Of a stretch of 64,000 bases of DNA, positions 41,975 to 51,887 are shown piece by piece. The position numbers were made by a program, and so were the translations under genes. The stretch comes from a bacterium (lineage in GTDB: Bacteria; UBA8248), in NCBI GenBank assembly GCA_965213625.1, contig CBDBZU010000004.1, positions 3,072,001-3,136,000 on the forward strand, in the 5' to 3' direction. Numbering within the stretch: position 1 is the stretch's first letter; the number at the start of each line of letters is the position of its first letter. Under the pieces are notes generated by a model that searched no databases, had not been told where the DNA came from, and was given only the letters and a program-made list of their open reading frames with translations.

Positions 41975-42188
41975 TTATCAGGGTGTTTAGTGCCCCGACG
42001 AGTGGTTGCCCACCGCCGGAATGACAATGCCTCTGCTCGGTCGTTGAACAAGAATGTAGCGGGCAGGCCCCTGTGCCTGTCCGGGGCTGCGATCTGTCCT
42101 TACGGACCCACCTCCTCGGTTGGTTCCATTCGTCAAATCACGAAACCTGGACTATTTTGGGCATCCCCTCCTTGCCCGGAAATGACAC

Positions 42189-43355
42189 CTACCGCAATGG
42201 CTTTATCCGGTAAACCGCTCCCCGCTCTTCAGACAGAAACCAGAGCGTTCCGTCGGGCGCCTCGATAACGTCGCGCACGCGGCCCGTCTCGGGGAATGCG
42301 AGCCGTTCCACCTCCCGGAAACCGCCCGCCGGGTCCAGGCGCGAGATATGGTCGAATTTCAGGGAACTGACGAAGAAATGCCCGTGCCATGCCGGCCGGA
42401 GTTTTCCCGAATATATCTCCATACCGCAGGGCGCAATCGAGGGGTCCCAGTAGAAAGCAGGCTGCTCCATGCCCTCTTTCGCCACGCCCACGCCGATTTT
42501 CCCGCCCCAGTAGTGCCGTCCGTAGGAGATGACAGGCCACCCGTAGTTGGCACCCTTCCTCACCCGGTTTATCTCATCCCCGCCCCGCGCGCCGTGTTCG
42601 ACGGCCCAGAGCGCGCCGTTCGCGTCGAGCGCAGCGCCTTGGGGGTTCCTGTGGCCCAGGCTCCATATCTCGGGCCGCGCCCCCGCCCGTCCCACGAAGG
42701 GATTGTCCGGCGGTACGCTCCCGTCGCGCCGGATACGGATTATCTTGCCGTGGTGTAAGGAGAGGTCCTGCGACGTTTCGGGCTCTCCCCGCTCGCCCAG
42801 CGTGAGAAAGAGCGTGCCGTCCCCCGCCTCCACGACCCGCGAGCCGAAATGCCGGCCCCCTCGTGAGGGAGACGCCATCTCGAAAATGACGCGCACTTTC
42901 TCGAGCTTTCGGTTGTCAGATGAAAGGGCTGCGACGGCGAGCGCCGTACCTCCCCCGCCTCGAGCGTGACGTTTCGAATAGGTGAGAAAAATCTCGCGGG
43001 TTTCGGGGAAATCCCGCGCGGCGGCGACGTCCATCAGCCCGCCCTGCCCCCAGGCATAGACTCTCGGGACGCCCGAAACCTTCGTCCTCCGGCGTTTGGG
43101 GTCGAAGTGAAACAGCGCGCCTTCGCGCTCGGTGACGAGGAACGCCCCGCCCGGCAGGAACGCCAGCCCCCAGGGCGTATCGAGGTCCCCCACCACCTTC
43201 TCGACCGATACAGGGCCGCTCATTGTCTGACGCACCGCCGCCGACACCGGCGCGGCGCAGAGCGCGGTGAGCAGCAAAACGAGGAGCCACGGCAGAGCCG
43301 CCCGACGCCTCCTCGACCCGATGGCAAGCATTGCATCCATCCATAAAATTTTCAT
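42189..43355 (-). CDS. PQQ-dependent sugar dehydrogenase (YliI/GSDH family)
   Basis: PWGLAFLP, VTEREG, GQGGLMDV, HFGSR, GHRNPQG, EHG.RGGDE, NYGWP, PSIAP. Exact start uncertain. Confidence 0.92.
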   Translation of the reverse strand: MKILWMDAMLAIGSRRRRAALPWLLVLLLTALCAAPVSAAVRQTMSGPVSVEKVVGDLDTPWGLAFLPGGAFLVTEREGALFHFDPKRRRTKVSGVPRVYAWGQGGLMDVAAARDFPETREIFLTYSKRHARGGGGTALAVAALSSDNRKLEKVRVIFEMASPSRGGRHFGSRVVEAGDGTLFLTLGERGEPETSQDLSLHHGKIIRIRRDGSVPPDNPFVGRAGARPEIWSLGHRNPQGAALDANGALWAVEHGARGGDEINRVRKGANYGWPVISYGRHYWGGKIGVGVAKEGMEQPAFYWDPSIAPCGMEIYSGKLRPAWHGHFFVSSLKFDHISRLDPAGGFREVERLAFPETGRVRDVIEAPDGTLWFLSEERGAVYRIKPLR

Positions 43356-43525
43356 GTTCTCCCTCCCGGCGGCTTCGGGCTGATTCTAACGCGAGAGAAA
43401 GGCGTGGGCTAGTGATTAAGTCATAGGATGGAATGGTAGTTGAAAAACCCTGCCCTGGGAGCAGGCGCAATTGACGCTCCCTCATCGGTCGCATCAAACC
43501 CTCGTCTTGCATGCCGCCATATTGG

Positions 43526-43845
43526 CCTCACCCTGAGTAGCTGCCAAAGGCGGCGTATCGAAGGGCGCTCCCGATGCGCCCCTGCTCTCCCTCGATACGG
43601 AGCGTAAGCGCGCCTACTCGGGATGAGGGAAGGGTGTCGCCGCGGGTCAAACGTGAGTGAGAAGCGGGAATTGTCTATTGACTAAGGAGGAGGTGAGCTT
43701 CCGTAGGGACAGGTCGCGACCTGTCCGCCGCTTTTACTCGTCACTCCAGCATTCGCCGGAATGACGGCATTTTCGTGATTTTCGCCCGGTGAGGAGGGGT
43801 TTGTGGTTTTGTAGCCGGACAGGCGCAGGAGCCTATCCGGGGACC
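43526..43845. repeat. REP cluster (CTCACCCTGAGTAG..GTATCGAAGGG doublet, GTAG REP, GCCGGAATGAC REP)
   Basis: Same units recur at 51416-51535, 48063 and 4434. Confidence 0.8.
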
Positions 43846-43963
43846 TATGTGTCCGCCCGCTTTGCATTCTCCCCTATTCAAAACTTCCCACATCTCGCCA
43901 TTAAGCGAAACTTATGCGATAATGAACTGGCCCGCCCGTGTTACCCACGAGGATAGCAATAGA

Positions 43964-44938
43964 ATGAACGCACGAGGTCAAGACCCAACCGAAACGCCCC
44001 GCGACCCGAATAATCTCTCTTTCTCCCAAGCCAATGGGTACGAGGATATTCCTGGACCACTGAAGCTGGAAGAACTGCCCGAGGAGGCGAGAACACATAT
44101 ATGGAATGTTTTTTATAAAAGCCTTGACCAATCCGTTAATCGCGACATCATGGGGTATCCTTATCTTATTAATCCTTGGCGAGACATGATGAATGCGGTG
44201 TATGGTGACTACTTCGGTCTCCCATTACATGAATGGGGTGCACTCCTAGAAAAAGTTGCTTCTCGATTCAACAAGATACATTTCAACGAGAGGACAAGAG
44301 GTGGGGAAGGCCAGTATATAGGCGAAATTGCTTCTAAACTCATAGAACATATAAAAATGCAGCCTTTCAACCAGATATTTGATTTAGTTCATTTCGTAAT
44401 GCGCCAACCGGAATGCCCATCTGACTTCATTTCTAACATGAAACGAGCTTTCACCCAATCCAGATTGGCCTACACCATAAATATCGAACCCAAACCAACC
44501 ATCTTCCCAACTGCTACAAAGAATGAGGGGGAAGCCCTAATCGAATCGTTAGAAACACTTCGAAGGGCCGGTTTGAGTGGTGGCGAGGCGCATCTGCGAA
44601 AGGCTTCAGATTGCATCAACCAAGGAGACTGGGCGGAGAGTATCAAGGAGAGCATTCACGCCGTCGAATCTGTGGCGCGGATAATCGATCCGAACGCCTC
44701 CCAAACTCTTAGGCCGACACTATTGTCTATCGAGAAACATGGAGAGCTTCATCCCGCGCTCAAGGACGCCTTTATCAAACTTTATGGATACGCTTCTGAT
44801 GAGCAAGGGATTCGCCATGCGCTGCTCAACGGCGATGGGGCCAATGTGGGCATGGATGAGGCGCTCTTCATGCTCGGCGCGTGCGCATCCTTCGCCAGCT
44901 ACCTTTGGCGCAAACATCAGACGAATTCGGGCGCCTAA
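43964..44938 (+). CDS. AbiJ-NTD4-like protein with putative C-terminal HEPN domain
   Basis: N-terminal SFSQ.NGY...R..IWN; C-terminal SIKESIHAVES...LYGYASDEQGIRHA; lower GC than neighbours. Confidence 0.65.
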   Translation: MNARGQDPTETPRDPNNLSFSQANGYEDIPGPLKLEELPEEARTHIWNVFYKSLDQSVNRDIMGYPYLINPWRDMMNAVYGDYFGLPLHEWGALLEKVASRFNKIHFNERTRGGEGQYIGEIASKLIEHIKMQPFNQIFDLVHFVMRQPECPSDFISNMKRAFTQSRLAYTINIEPKPTIFPTATKNEGEALIESLETLRRAGLSGGEAHLRKASDCINQGDWAESIKESIHAVESVARIIDPNASQTLRPTLLSIEKHGELHPALKDAFIKLYGYASDEQGIRHALLNGDGANVGMDEALFMLGACASFASYLWRKHQTNSGA

Positions 44939-45051
44939 GGGAGTGGGCTGTTCTAAGGAAGGAACGGAATGACGACAATCTTCGAAATAGATCTATGGGA
45001 ATCCTGCTTAATTCAATCACTTGCACTATCGGTACGTTGTCTTCGTGACAT

Positions 45052-46062
45052 TCATTTTTTCGACTTCACTCGACTTGATTTACGATAGTTCTTGTAGTCA
45101 CGAAGTGCTTCCTCAAGTTGATTTGCGGTTAGGCGTTTTATAAATACCACCATGTCATTTGAATAGCGTGTCAATACTCCTTCCGAAGCTTGCCAACAAA
45201 ATTGCGATTGTTTTTTGATATCATACTTCCAGATGATGGCTTGGAAGACATGGCTGGTAAATTGATCACCATGAAGTGTGGGTATTTTTTGAAGAATTTC
45301 AGTTTGCCTTAAAGGATGCGATTTATTGGGATCTTGTTTACGTTCAATTGCAAGTTGCTCTTCTGATTCTGTGCCTTTTTCGACTCCTACAACAACATCT
45401 GCTTCACCAATTTTCTTTACTGATTCGAGTTTAACTTTAAAAATAGTCAATAGGCGACCCGTATCTTCATCAGCACCTTTTAGTTCTTCCGTCGTTCTAG
45501 CTAATTCAGATAAAAACTGACGAACAGGAGTCGTCATTTTTACGTTAGATTTACCAGATAGATAGGAAACAGGATCAATAGGTGGACTGATTCCGATAGG
45601 CAAGACTTCCCAATTTATATCGTCTTCCAACCTAACCCCAAAGGAAGCCTGCAGAAAATCCCGGAAGTTCTTAATTGATGTTTGTGCCAGTGCATACAAA
45701 ACAACACCGAAATTCTTGTCATTGTAAAAATGAATCACGTTGTTTCGATAGTTTCCAAGTGCTTCAAGATTACGTTGAACAGGCAACCGGGCAATTGAAG
45801 TGGGGAATAGAGATTCAGCCTTTGGCAACGCATCTCGCCAGGATAGGGTCTGATACGGCTTATACCTTTCTTTTGGATAGTAAATAGATTTTTTATTCTT
45901 CGAAAGTAAGGCTTTCAAAGCAAGTTCCCAAGCGTTTAACAACAGAATGACCGCACATTCGTCTCGATATTCAAATGTCGGTTTGTTGTAGATTTCGATT
46001 GCCGCTATCATCGCAGACTTGGCGTTTCCTAACAGTTTTGTGTATGAGCCTTGATAATTCAT
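45052..46062 (-). CDS. DUF3644-like HEPN domain protein
   Basis: AMIAAIEIYNKP...R.E...LL.NAWEL.LKA and RNNVIH (Rx4H); AT-rich gene. Confidence 0.75.
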   Translation of the reverse strand: MNYQGSYTKLLGNAKSAMIAAIEIYNKPTFEYRDECAVILLLNAWELALKALLSKNKKSIYYPKERYKPYQTLSWRDALPKAESLFPTSIARLPVQRNLEALGNYRNNVIHFYNDKNFGVVLYALAQTSIKNFRDFLQASFGVRLEDDINWEVLPIGISPPIDPVSYLSGKSNVKMTTPVRQFLSELARTTEELKGADEDTGRLLTIFKVKLESVKKIGEADVVVGVEKGTESEEQLAIERKQDPNKSHPLRQTEILQKIPTLHGDQFTSHVFQAIIWKYDIKKQSQFCWQASEGVLTRYSNDMVVFIKRLTANQLEEALRDYKNYRKSSRVKSKK

Positions 46063-46186
46063 CGAACTAATACGCCTCCCAACAAACAGGGCGGACACGA
46101 AGGTCCGCCCCTACTTCACCAAATTCAAACTTATCAAAACGGCTACACGAATCTCGTTACCTTACCTTCCCCGCCCCTATTAATAC

Positions 46187-46498
46187 CTACGCAGTAGCCT
46201 CTTCCCTCAGCGGCTTCGTATACGCAATCGCCGCCACATCGAAGTATTCCAGGCTCGCGTTGTTCGCTCGGCGGAAGCTGCGCTGTTTCTCGGAGTTGAA
46301 CCAGGCGTCGGCGGTGGCCTTGTCCTCGAAGTGGTAGACCGACGCCATGCGCCCCGTCTCCTCGTTCATGCCCCAGGTCTTGTCGATGAGGCCGGGCACC
46401 TCGTTCTCGAAAAAAGCGGCGGCCTGTTCCTTGTCCGCACGGACCTCGGCGAGCGTGGGCGCGACGGCGGGATAGTGTAGAATGACCATCATCATCAT
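46187..46498 (-). CDS. YdhR-like dimeric alpha/beta-barrel (putative monooxygenase) protein
   Basis: VPGLIDKTW..NEE....SVYHFED...ADAW. Confidence 0.7.
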   Translation of the reverse strand: MMMMVILHYPAVAPTLAEVRADKEQAAAFFENEVPGLIDKTWGMNEETGRMASVYHFEDKATADAWFNSEKQRSFRRANNASLEYFDVAAIAYTKPLREEATA

Positions 46499-46674
46499 TA
46501 AGTCCTCCTGGCTGTCTGGATTGGCTGATGCGTTTATCGTGCTTCACATGATTTGCCGGAAATGATAGCCCAGGGCGGCGAATCCGCCAAACGCCCAGGT
46601 GCGGCCGACAGGCGCGGGAGCACCAGTAATTTCAGCGAGTGATAAAATTTTATCCGAAAAAGGAGTGTGACCAG

Positions 46675-47622
46675 ATGACCGAGGCGGCGTTTCAGGAGAT
46701 TTACGAACGGGCGCAGGTAAACGTGGAAAAAATGGGAGCTGGCAATCCATACGACATCCTGGGGCCCGACCTGCCCGGAACCGAGACGGCGCTCATGGGT
46801 TACGAGCGCTTCGGCCTTAAAATGCGCCTCATGCTCACCGATTCCGCAAACACCGAATTCGACTTTCTCGGCAAGAAGCTGAAAACCCCCATCATGACAG
46901 GCTCGATGAGCGCGAACACGCTCGCGGCCCACTGGGGGGATGGTTTTTTACAAGTCGCTGAGGGCGCTGCGCGTTTCGGCACGCAGTACTGGATAGGCGA
47001 CTGCACGGACGACACCTGGCGCGAGGCGGCCGCCGCCTACCCCTCCTCCATCCGGGTCGTAAAGCCTTGGCGGGACAGGCAGCGTACGCTTACGTCCTTG
47101 AAAGTGGCGGAAGACACCGGCGCTTTCGCCGTCGGCATGGATTTCGAGTCCGGCTTTTATAACCCCGAATGCGAACCCCAGAGAGCGGACGCGCTCGAGG
47201 GCTACGTGAAAGCCACCGGGCTTCCCTTCGTGTTTAAGGCGGTGGGCTCTGCCGATACCGCGCGCATCGCGCGAGACGCGGGCGCCGCGGCCATCATCGT
47301 CACCACGCACGGGGGCGCGCACGGACCTTCCTGGGGCCATCCCATGGAAATCCTGCCCGAGATCGTGGACGCGGTGGGGGACGACGTTCTCGTGCTGGCC
47401 GAAAGCGGCGTCAGGCGCGGAGACGACGTGCTGAAATTACTCGCCCAGGGGGCCAAGGGCGTCACCTCGGGCCGCGCGCTCGTGCTCGGCCTTTTCGCGG
47501 GCGGCCCCGCCGGCGTGGTAGAAATGCTCGAACTCCTGCAGGCGGAGCTCGAGAAATCCATGGTCCTCGCGGGCTGCAAGGATTTGGCCTCGATTTCGGG
47601 TGATATTTTGATTGAGAGGTAG
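46675..47622 (+). CDS. FMN-dependent alpha-hydroxy-acid oxidase family protein (divergent)
   Basis: FLG....PIM, LPFVFK, HGG, SGVRRG.DVLK.LA.GA, EL..SM.LAG. Confidence 0.8.
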   Translation: MTEAAFQEIYERAQVNVEKMGAGNPYDILGPDLPGTETALMGYERFGLKMRLMLTDSANTEFDFLGKKLKTPIMTGSMSANTLAAHWGDGFLQVAEGAARFGTQYWIGDCTDDTWREAAAAYPSSIRVVKPWRDRQRTLTSLKVAEDTGAFAVGMDFESGFYNPECEPQRADALEGYVKATGLPFVFKAVGSADTARIARDAGAAAIIVTTHGGAHGPSWGHPMEILPEIVDAVGDDVLVLAESGVRRGDDVLKLLAQGAKGVTSGRALVLGLFAGGPAGVVEMLELLQAELEKSMVLAGCKDLASISGDILIER

Positions 47623-47641
47623 AGGAAAAAGTCATGGAACC

Positions 47642-48213
47642 GTAGGGACAGGCCTCCGTGCCTGTCCTCGCGCGTCGGTCAACGAAGCCCCCACGAGTAC
47701 CTTTGCCAATCGACACGAATGTAGATTCACTCCCCCCTTGAGGGGGAGTCGACGAGATAAGGGCGAAGCCCGCAAGCGAGTCGGTGGGGGGAGCTTTAAT
47801 TTTAGAATCGTCCCCCCACCGATTCAGCCTTCGCATAAATCGCTCGGCTTCTTCGACTCCCCCTCAAGGGGGGAGTGGTTTTCTTCTCTCGTCTGCTCTG
47901 GATTCCGGCATTCGCCGGAATGACGGGCACCTGGCATTCGGAACCCGTAGAGACAGGCCCCTGTGCCTGTCCAGATCGTGGCCGCCCTGAAAAAGGACAA
48001 CCACGAGGGGCAGGACAACCCCGAGGAGGGGTTGCCCCTATCACCTCACAGATTCCGATCCCGTAGGGACAGGTCGCGACCTGTCCCTACTCAGAAAACC
48101 AAACATCTCTTCACCGGGTTGAATCGATTGTAGGGGTCGCATATATGCGACCCGTCGTCGGTAGGCGAAAAGGCAGGGTCGCGTATACGTCGGACATATA
48201 TGTCCGACCTACA
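47642..48213. repeat. Large REP cluster between convergent genes
   Basis: ACTCCCCCCTTGAGGGGGAGT doublet 47729-47876, TGGATTCCGGCATTCGCCGGAATGAC 47900, perfect 28-bp palindrome 48063-48090, doublet 48130-48212. Confidence 0.9.
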
Positions 48214-48231
48214 CACGGGAACGACACCCCC

Positions 48232-49323
48232 TCACACCGCATCCGGCAACAACGGCAGCAGGTACTTCCCGAAATTACGCGCCTCATCATCATGCGGCCA
48301 GCCGGAGAGGATGAACGTGGTGGCTCCTAAGTCGATGTATTCGCGCATGGCTTCCGCCACCACCTCGGGGCTGCCCACGAGCATGGTGCCCGCCCCCTGG
48401 CGTACGAGGTTGATGCCCGAGAACAGCGCAGGGCCATGCCAGAGCTTGCCCTCCGCCGTCATGGCATTCATGCGCTGCTGGGAAACGGATTCCACTTGGC
48501 CCCCCACCTCGCCTGTGACCGATGAACTCTCTCCGTAGGACGCCGTGCCCGCGATGATGGACTCGGCCTCTTCCTTGGCCTGCGCGTCGTCCTCGCGCAC
48601 GAGGATGTGGAAGCGCACGCCTAATCTTAAATCCCGGCCGTGCTCCTCGCGCGCCATTTTTTTGACTTCCTCGTATTCCTCGGCGATCTGCCAGGGAGGT
48701 TCCCCCCATTTCAGGAAAACGTCGGCGTGCTTAGCGATGACCTTTTTCGCCGCGGGCGAGCTTCCCCCGAAATAAAGGGGCGGCCCTCCCGGTCGCGCGG
48801 GGCCGGGGAAGACGAAGCCGTCCTCCACCTGATAGTGCACGCCCTTGTAGTTGACCCTGGCGTCCTCATCCGCCCAGAACGCGCGCACGATGTCCAGAAA
48901 CTCATCGGCCCGCTCGTAGCGTCCGTCGTGACCCGCCCAGTCCCCGTAGCGCCTTGCGTCCACGGATGATCCGCCGGGAACCACGTTCACCGTCAGCCTC
49001 CCGCCCGAGATGAAGTCGAGCGTATTAGCCTGCTGCACGGCGAAAGTCGGCGTGGTGAGGCCGGGCCGGATGGCGACACAGAATTTGATGCTGCTGGTTT
49101 CACGGGCGATCGCGGAGGCCAGGAGCCAGCCGTCCGAGCACGAGGTGTTGCACGGGATGAGCATGTTCGTGAGACCGCTCTCCTCCGCCGTCTTCGCGAC
49201 GTGAACGAGATAGTCGATCTCGGGCGGTATCTCCACCTCCCCCGTGCCGAGACGGGTGGCGTCCCCCCGTTTGTTCGAGGGCAGATACCAGGCGTATTCG
49301 ATGGGTTTCTTGCCGTTTTCCAT
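48232..49323 (-). CDS. LLM-class flavin monooxygenase (SsuD/MsuD-like)
   Basis: WYLP, VAIRPG, SGGRLTVNVV.G, RYERADEF, LYFGGSS, WGEP, LVGSPE, FILSGWPH. Confidence 0.88.
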   Translation of the reverse strand: MENGKKPIEYAWYLPSNKRGDATRLGTGEVEIPPEIDYLVHVAKTAEESGLTNMLIPCNTSCSDGWLLASAIARETSSIKFCVAIRPGLTTPTFAVQQANTLDFISGGRLTVNVVPGGSSVDARRYGDWAGHDGRYERADEFLDIVRAFWADEDARVNYKGVHYQVEDGFVFPGPARPGGPPLYFGGSSPAAKKVIAKHADVFLKWGEPPWQIAEEYEEVKKMAREEHGRDLRLGVRFHILVREDDAQAKEEAESIIAGTASYGESSSVTGEVGGQVESVSQQRMNAMTAEGKLWHGPALFSGINLVRQGAGTMLVGSPEVVAEAMREYIDLGATTFILSGWPHDDEARNFGKYLLPLLPDAV

Positions 49324-49746
49324 TTCGTATGCGTCCCTTTATTACGTGTTTCATTTTCTCAAAACTGAACTTTTCCTGTCGCGGCCAAGTGTGCGAAAAA
49401 AAACGCCCCGCCCGCAAGGGGGTTATTGAAAAAATCCTGATAAATGAAGGTACGGTGTAACCAACGAGAGGGAAAACCATTCCCCCGTGAGGGTCGGGCT
49501 TCCCGATGAGAAGATGCCCGACCCTCACGGGGCTGTTGAAATAGCCCTTACGGATCGCGCCAAACCATTCTCCCCTTGTAGAACCCCCAACAACCACTCC
49601 CCCCTTGAGGGGGAGTCGAAGAGCTGAGGGCGTAAGCCCGAAAGCGATTCGGTGGGGGGTATAACTCGGAGTGGCGATAAAACGCGATTCACCCCCCACC
49701 GAATCGGCCTTCGCATAAACCGCTCGGCCTCTTTGACTCCCCCTCA

Positions 49747-51268
49747 TGGGTCTGTTGAAAAAGCCCCGGCATTGTGATTGGGTGTAAGGACACTATCTCG
49801 CCCGAGATGGGAGTTCCCTCGATGATAGGCAGCAAGGGGCGCGAGCAGATGGATTTGTTCGTGGCCGGTTCGCTGGAACGGTTGATCCCCGAGGATCACG
49901 TCCTGATGCGCGTGGACCGCGTACTGGATTTGAGTTGGCTTCGCGCGGAGGTGGCGGATTGCTATTGCGCGGATAACGGTCGACCGGGGATCGACCCGGA
50001 GGTGGCGTTGCGCCTGATGCTGGCGGGTATGTTGCTGGGCTACGTACACGACCGTCGCCTGCTTCGCGAGGCGCGTGCGCACCTGGCGATCCGGTGGTTC
50101 ATCGGGTACGGGCTGCACGAGGAGTTGCCGCATCATTCGAGCCTGACGCGGATACGTCAGCGCTGGGGGGAGGCACGGTTCAAGGAGATATTCCGTCGCA
50201 CGGTGCAGGCTTGCCTGGAGGCGAATGTGGCGAAGGGGGAAGTGGTGCACGTGGACGCCTCGTTGATACGCGCGGACGTGAGCTGGGAGAGCCTGGCGGC
50301 GCACCACGCGGAGAAGGTGATTCAGGAGAATCCCGTCGATGATGAGGTCGGGAAGAAGGGAGGAGGCCGCGGTGGCGGGGGTCCGGTGAGCCGGACGGAC
50401 CCGGACGCGCGGCTTGCGCGCAAGAGCGCGCGGGCGGGGTTCGAGCCGAGCTACAAGCAGCACGCGGCGGTGGACGATGAGCGGGGTGTTGTTCTCGACG
50501 TGTCGGTGACGGAGGGGACGCGGAACGAGCGTGAGATGATGGCGTCCCATATAGAGGCGGTAAGCGAGTTGTCGGGCCGCACGCCGGAGATGGTGACGGC
50601 GGATTCGGGGTACGCGTACTCGAAGGTTTACGGCGAATTGGAGCGGCGGGGCGTGGAAGCGCTGATACCAGCGAAGAAGGAACCCAGCCAGAGCCGTGTT
50701 CCGCTGCAGTTGTTCCACTACGACGCGCGCAACGAGGTGGTGAAGTGTCCGGGAGGCAAGACGCTGCGCCCCCGGCAGGCGACGGAGCGGGGGCGCTCCT
50801 ATGTATCGAAGACGCGGGATTGCGCGGGCTGCGCGCTCAGGCCCGATTGTCTGTCGAAGTCGCGCACGAGCAGGACGGTGTTGATTCCCAACGCGTATCC
50901 GGCGCTGTTGCGCGCGCGTCGGCGGCATGCGCGCTGGGGGGAGGAGGAGAAGCGTCTCTATGGCCGCCACCGTTGGCGCTCGGAGGGCTACCACGGCGAA
51001 GCGAAGAGTTGGCACGGACTGGGGCGGGCGGTGCGCCGGGGCCTTGCGAACATGAGGATCCAGTCCTACCTGACGGCGATAGCGGTGAACCTCAAGCGGC
51101 TGGCCGCCGCTTTTGCGGCGCGTTTATTCGCCCTCTGGAGGGTCTGTGCCGCCTGGAGACGCCGTCTGCGCACACATGGCGCCCTCACGCGCCGATTGGG
51201 CTGCCTCTCCGCCGCCGCGTGAGCCGCCAAAACGCCCGCTTCCAACACCGGGTTTTTCAACAGACCCC
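49747..51268 (+). mobile_element. IS1182-family insertion sequence
   Basis: Perfect 15-bp TIR GGGTCTGTTGAAAAA (49748) / TTTTTCAACAGACCC (51253-51267); (C)TCA target duplication. Confidence 0.9.
49822..51222 (+). CDS. IS1182-family DDE transposase
   Basis: IPEDH.L, NGRPGIDP, PHHSSLTR.R.R, VDASLI, SRTDPDA, ADSGY, CAGCALR..C, R...SEG..GEAK. Confidence 0.92.
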   Translation: MIGSKGREQMDLFVAGSLERLIPEDHVLMRVDRVLDLSWLRAEVADCYCADNGRPGIDPEVALRLMLAGMLLGYVHDRRLLREARAHLAIRWFIGYGLHEELPHHSSLTRIRQRWGEARFKEIFRRTVQACLEANVAKGEVVHVDASLIRADVSWESLAAHHAEKVIQENPVDDEVGKKGGGRGGGGPVSRTDPDARLARKSARAGFEPSYKQHAAVDDERGVVLDVSVTEGTRNEREMMASHIEAVSELSGRTPEMVTADSGYAYSKVYGELERRGVEALIPAKKEPSQSRVPLQLFHYDARNEVVKCPGGKTLRPRQATERGRSYVSKTRDCAGCALRPDCLSKSRTSRTVLIPNAYPALLRARRRHARWGEEEKRLYGRHRWRSEGYHGEAKSWHGLGRAVRRGLANMRIQSYLTAIAVNLKRLAAAFAARLFALWRVCAAWRRRLRTHGALTRRLGCLSAAA

Positions 51269-51326
51269 TCAAGGGGGGAGTGAAATTCACCGCGCTCCTT
51301 TTGTGAGGTTTTTCAACAGCCCTGGC

Positions 51327-51867
51327 AAGGGGGGGGTCGAAGCAGGTGCTCCTCCCTCTTCGGTCGGGGCTGACTCCTCGGGAGCGCCACACACATATGC
51401 GACCCGCTCAAGATGGCCCTTCGATACGCCGCCTACGGCGGCTACTCAGGGTGAGGGTGAAATGGCGGCTATTCAGGGTGAGGAAAACAAAAAACACCCT
51501 CATCCCGAGTAGGCCCGCAAGGGCCGTATCGAGGGACGCCCCGCCCGCAAGGGGGCGAAGCATTTATTATGGGCGCGTTCAGTTGGGTAAGGAGTAAAGT
51601 TTCCTCCCTCCTCGGTCGGAATTGACCCTTGATAAGGGGGGGTCGAAGGAGGCGCTCCTCCCTCTTCGGTCGGGGCTGACTCCTCGGGAGCGCCACACAC
51701 ATATGCGACCCGCTCAAGATGGCCCTTCGATATGCCGCCTACGGCGGCTACTCAGGGTGAGGAAAACAAAAAACACCCTCATCCCGAGTAGGCCCACAAG
51801 GGCCGTATCGAGGGACGCCCCGCCCGCAAGGGGGCGAAGCATTTATTATGGGCGCGTTCAATTGGGT
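51327..51867 (+). repeat. Two near-identical direct copies (51327-51588, 51634-51867) of a ~240-bp composite REP unit
   Basis: Direct comparison; copy 1 has an extra internal GGCGGCTATTCAGGGTGAGG duplication. Confidence 0.9.
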
Positions 51868-51887
51868 GTTGCATAAAGCAGCGAGGT

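Noticed and set aside
47612-48066. Small ORFs with TPPLRGS / VIPAKAGI / GQVATCPY peptides
   Set aside because: Translations of REP palindromes, not genes.
42000-49700. Integron cassette array (single genes separated by palindromes)
   Set aside because: Genes face both directions, palindromes are REP types without RYYYAAC/GTTRRRY ends, and there is no integrase.
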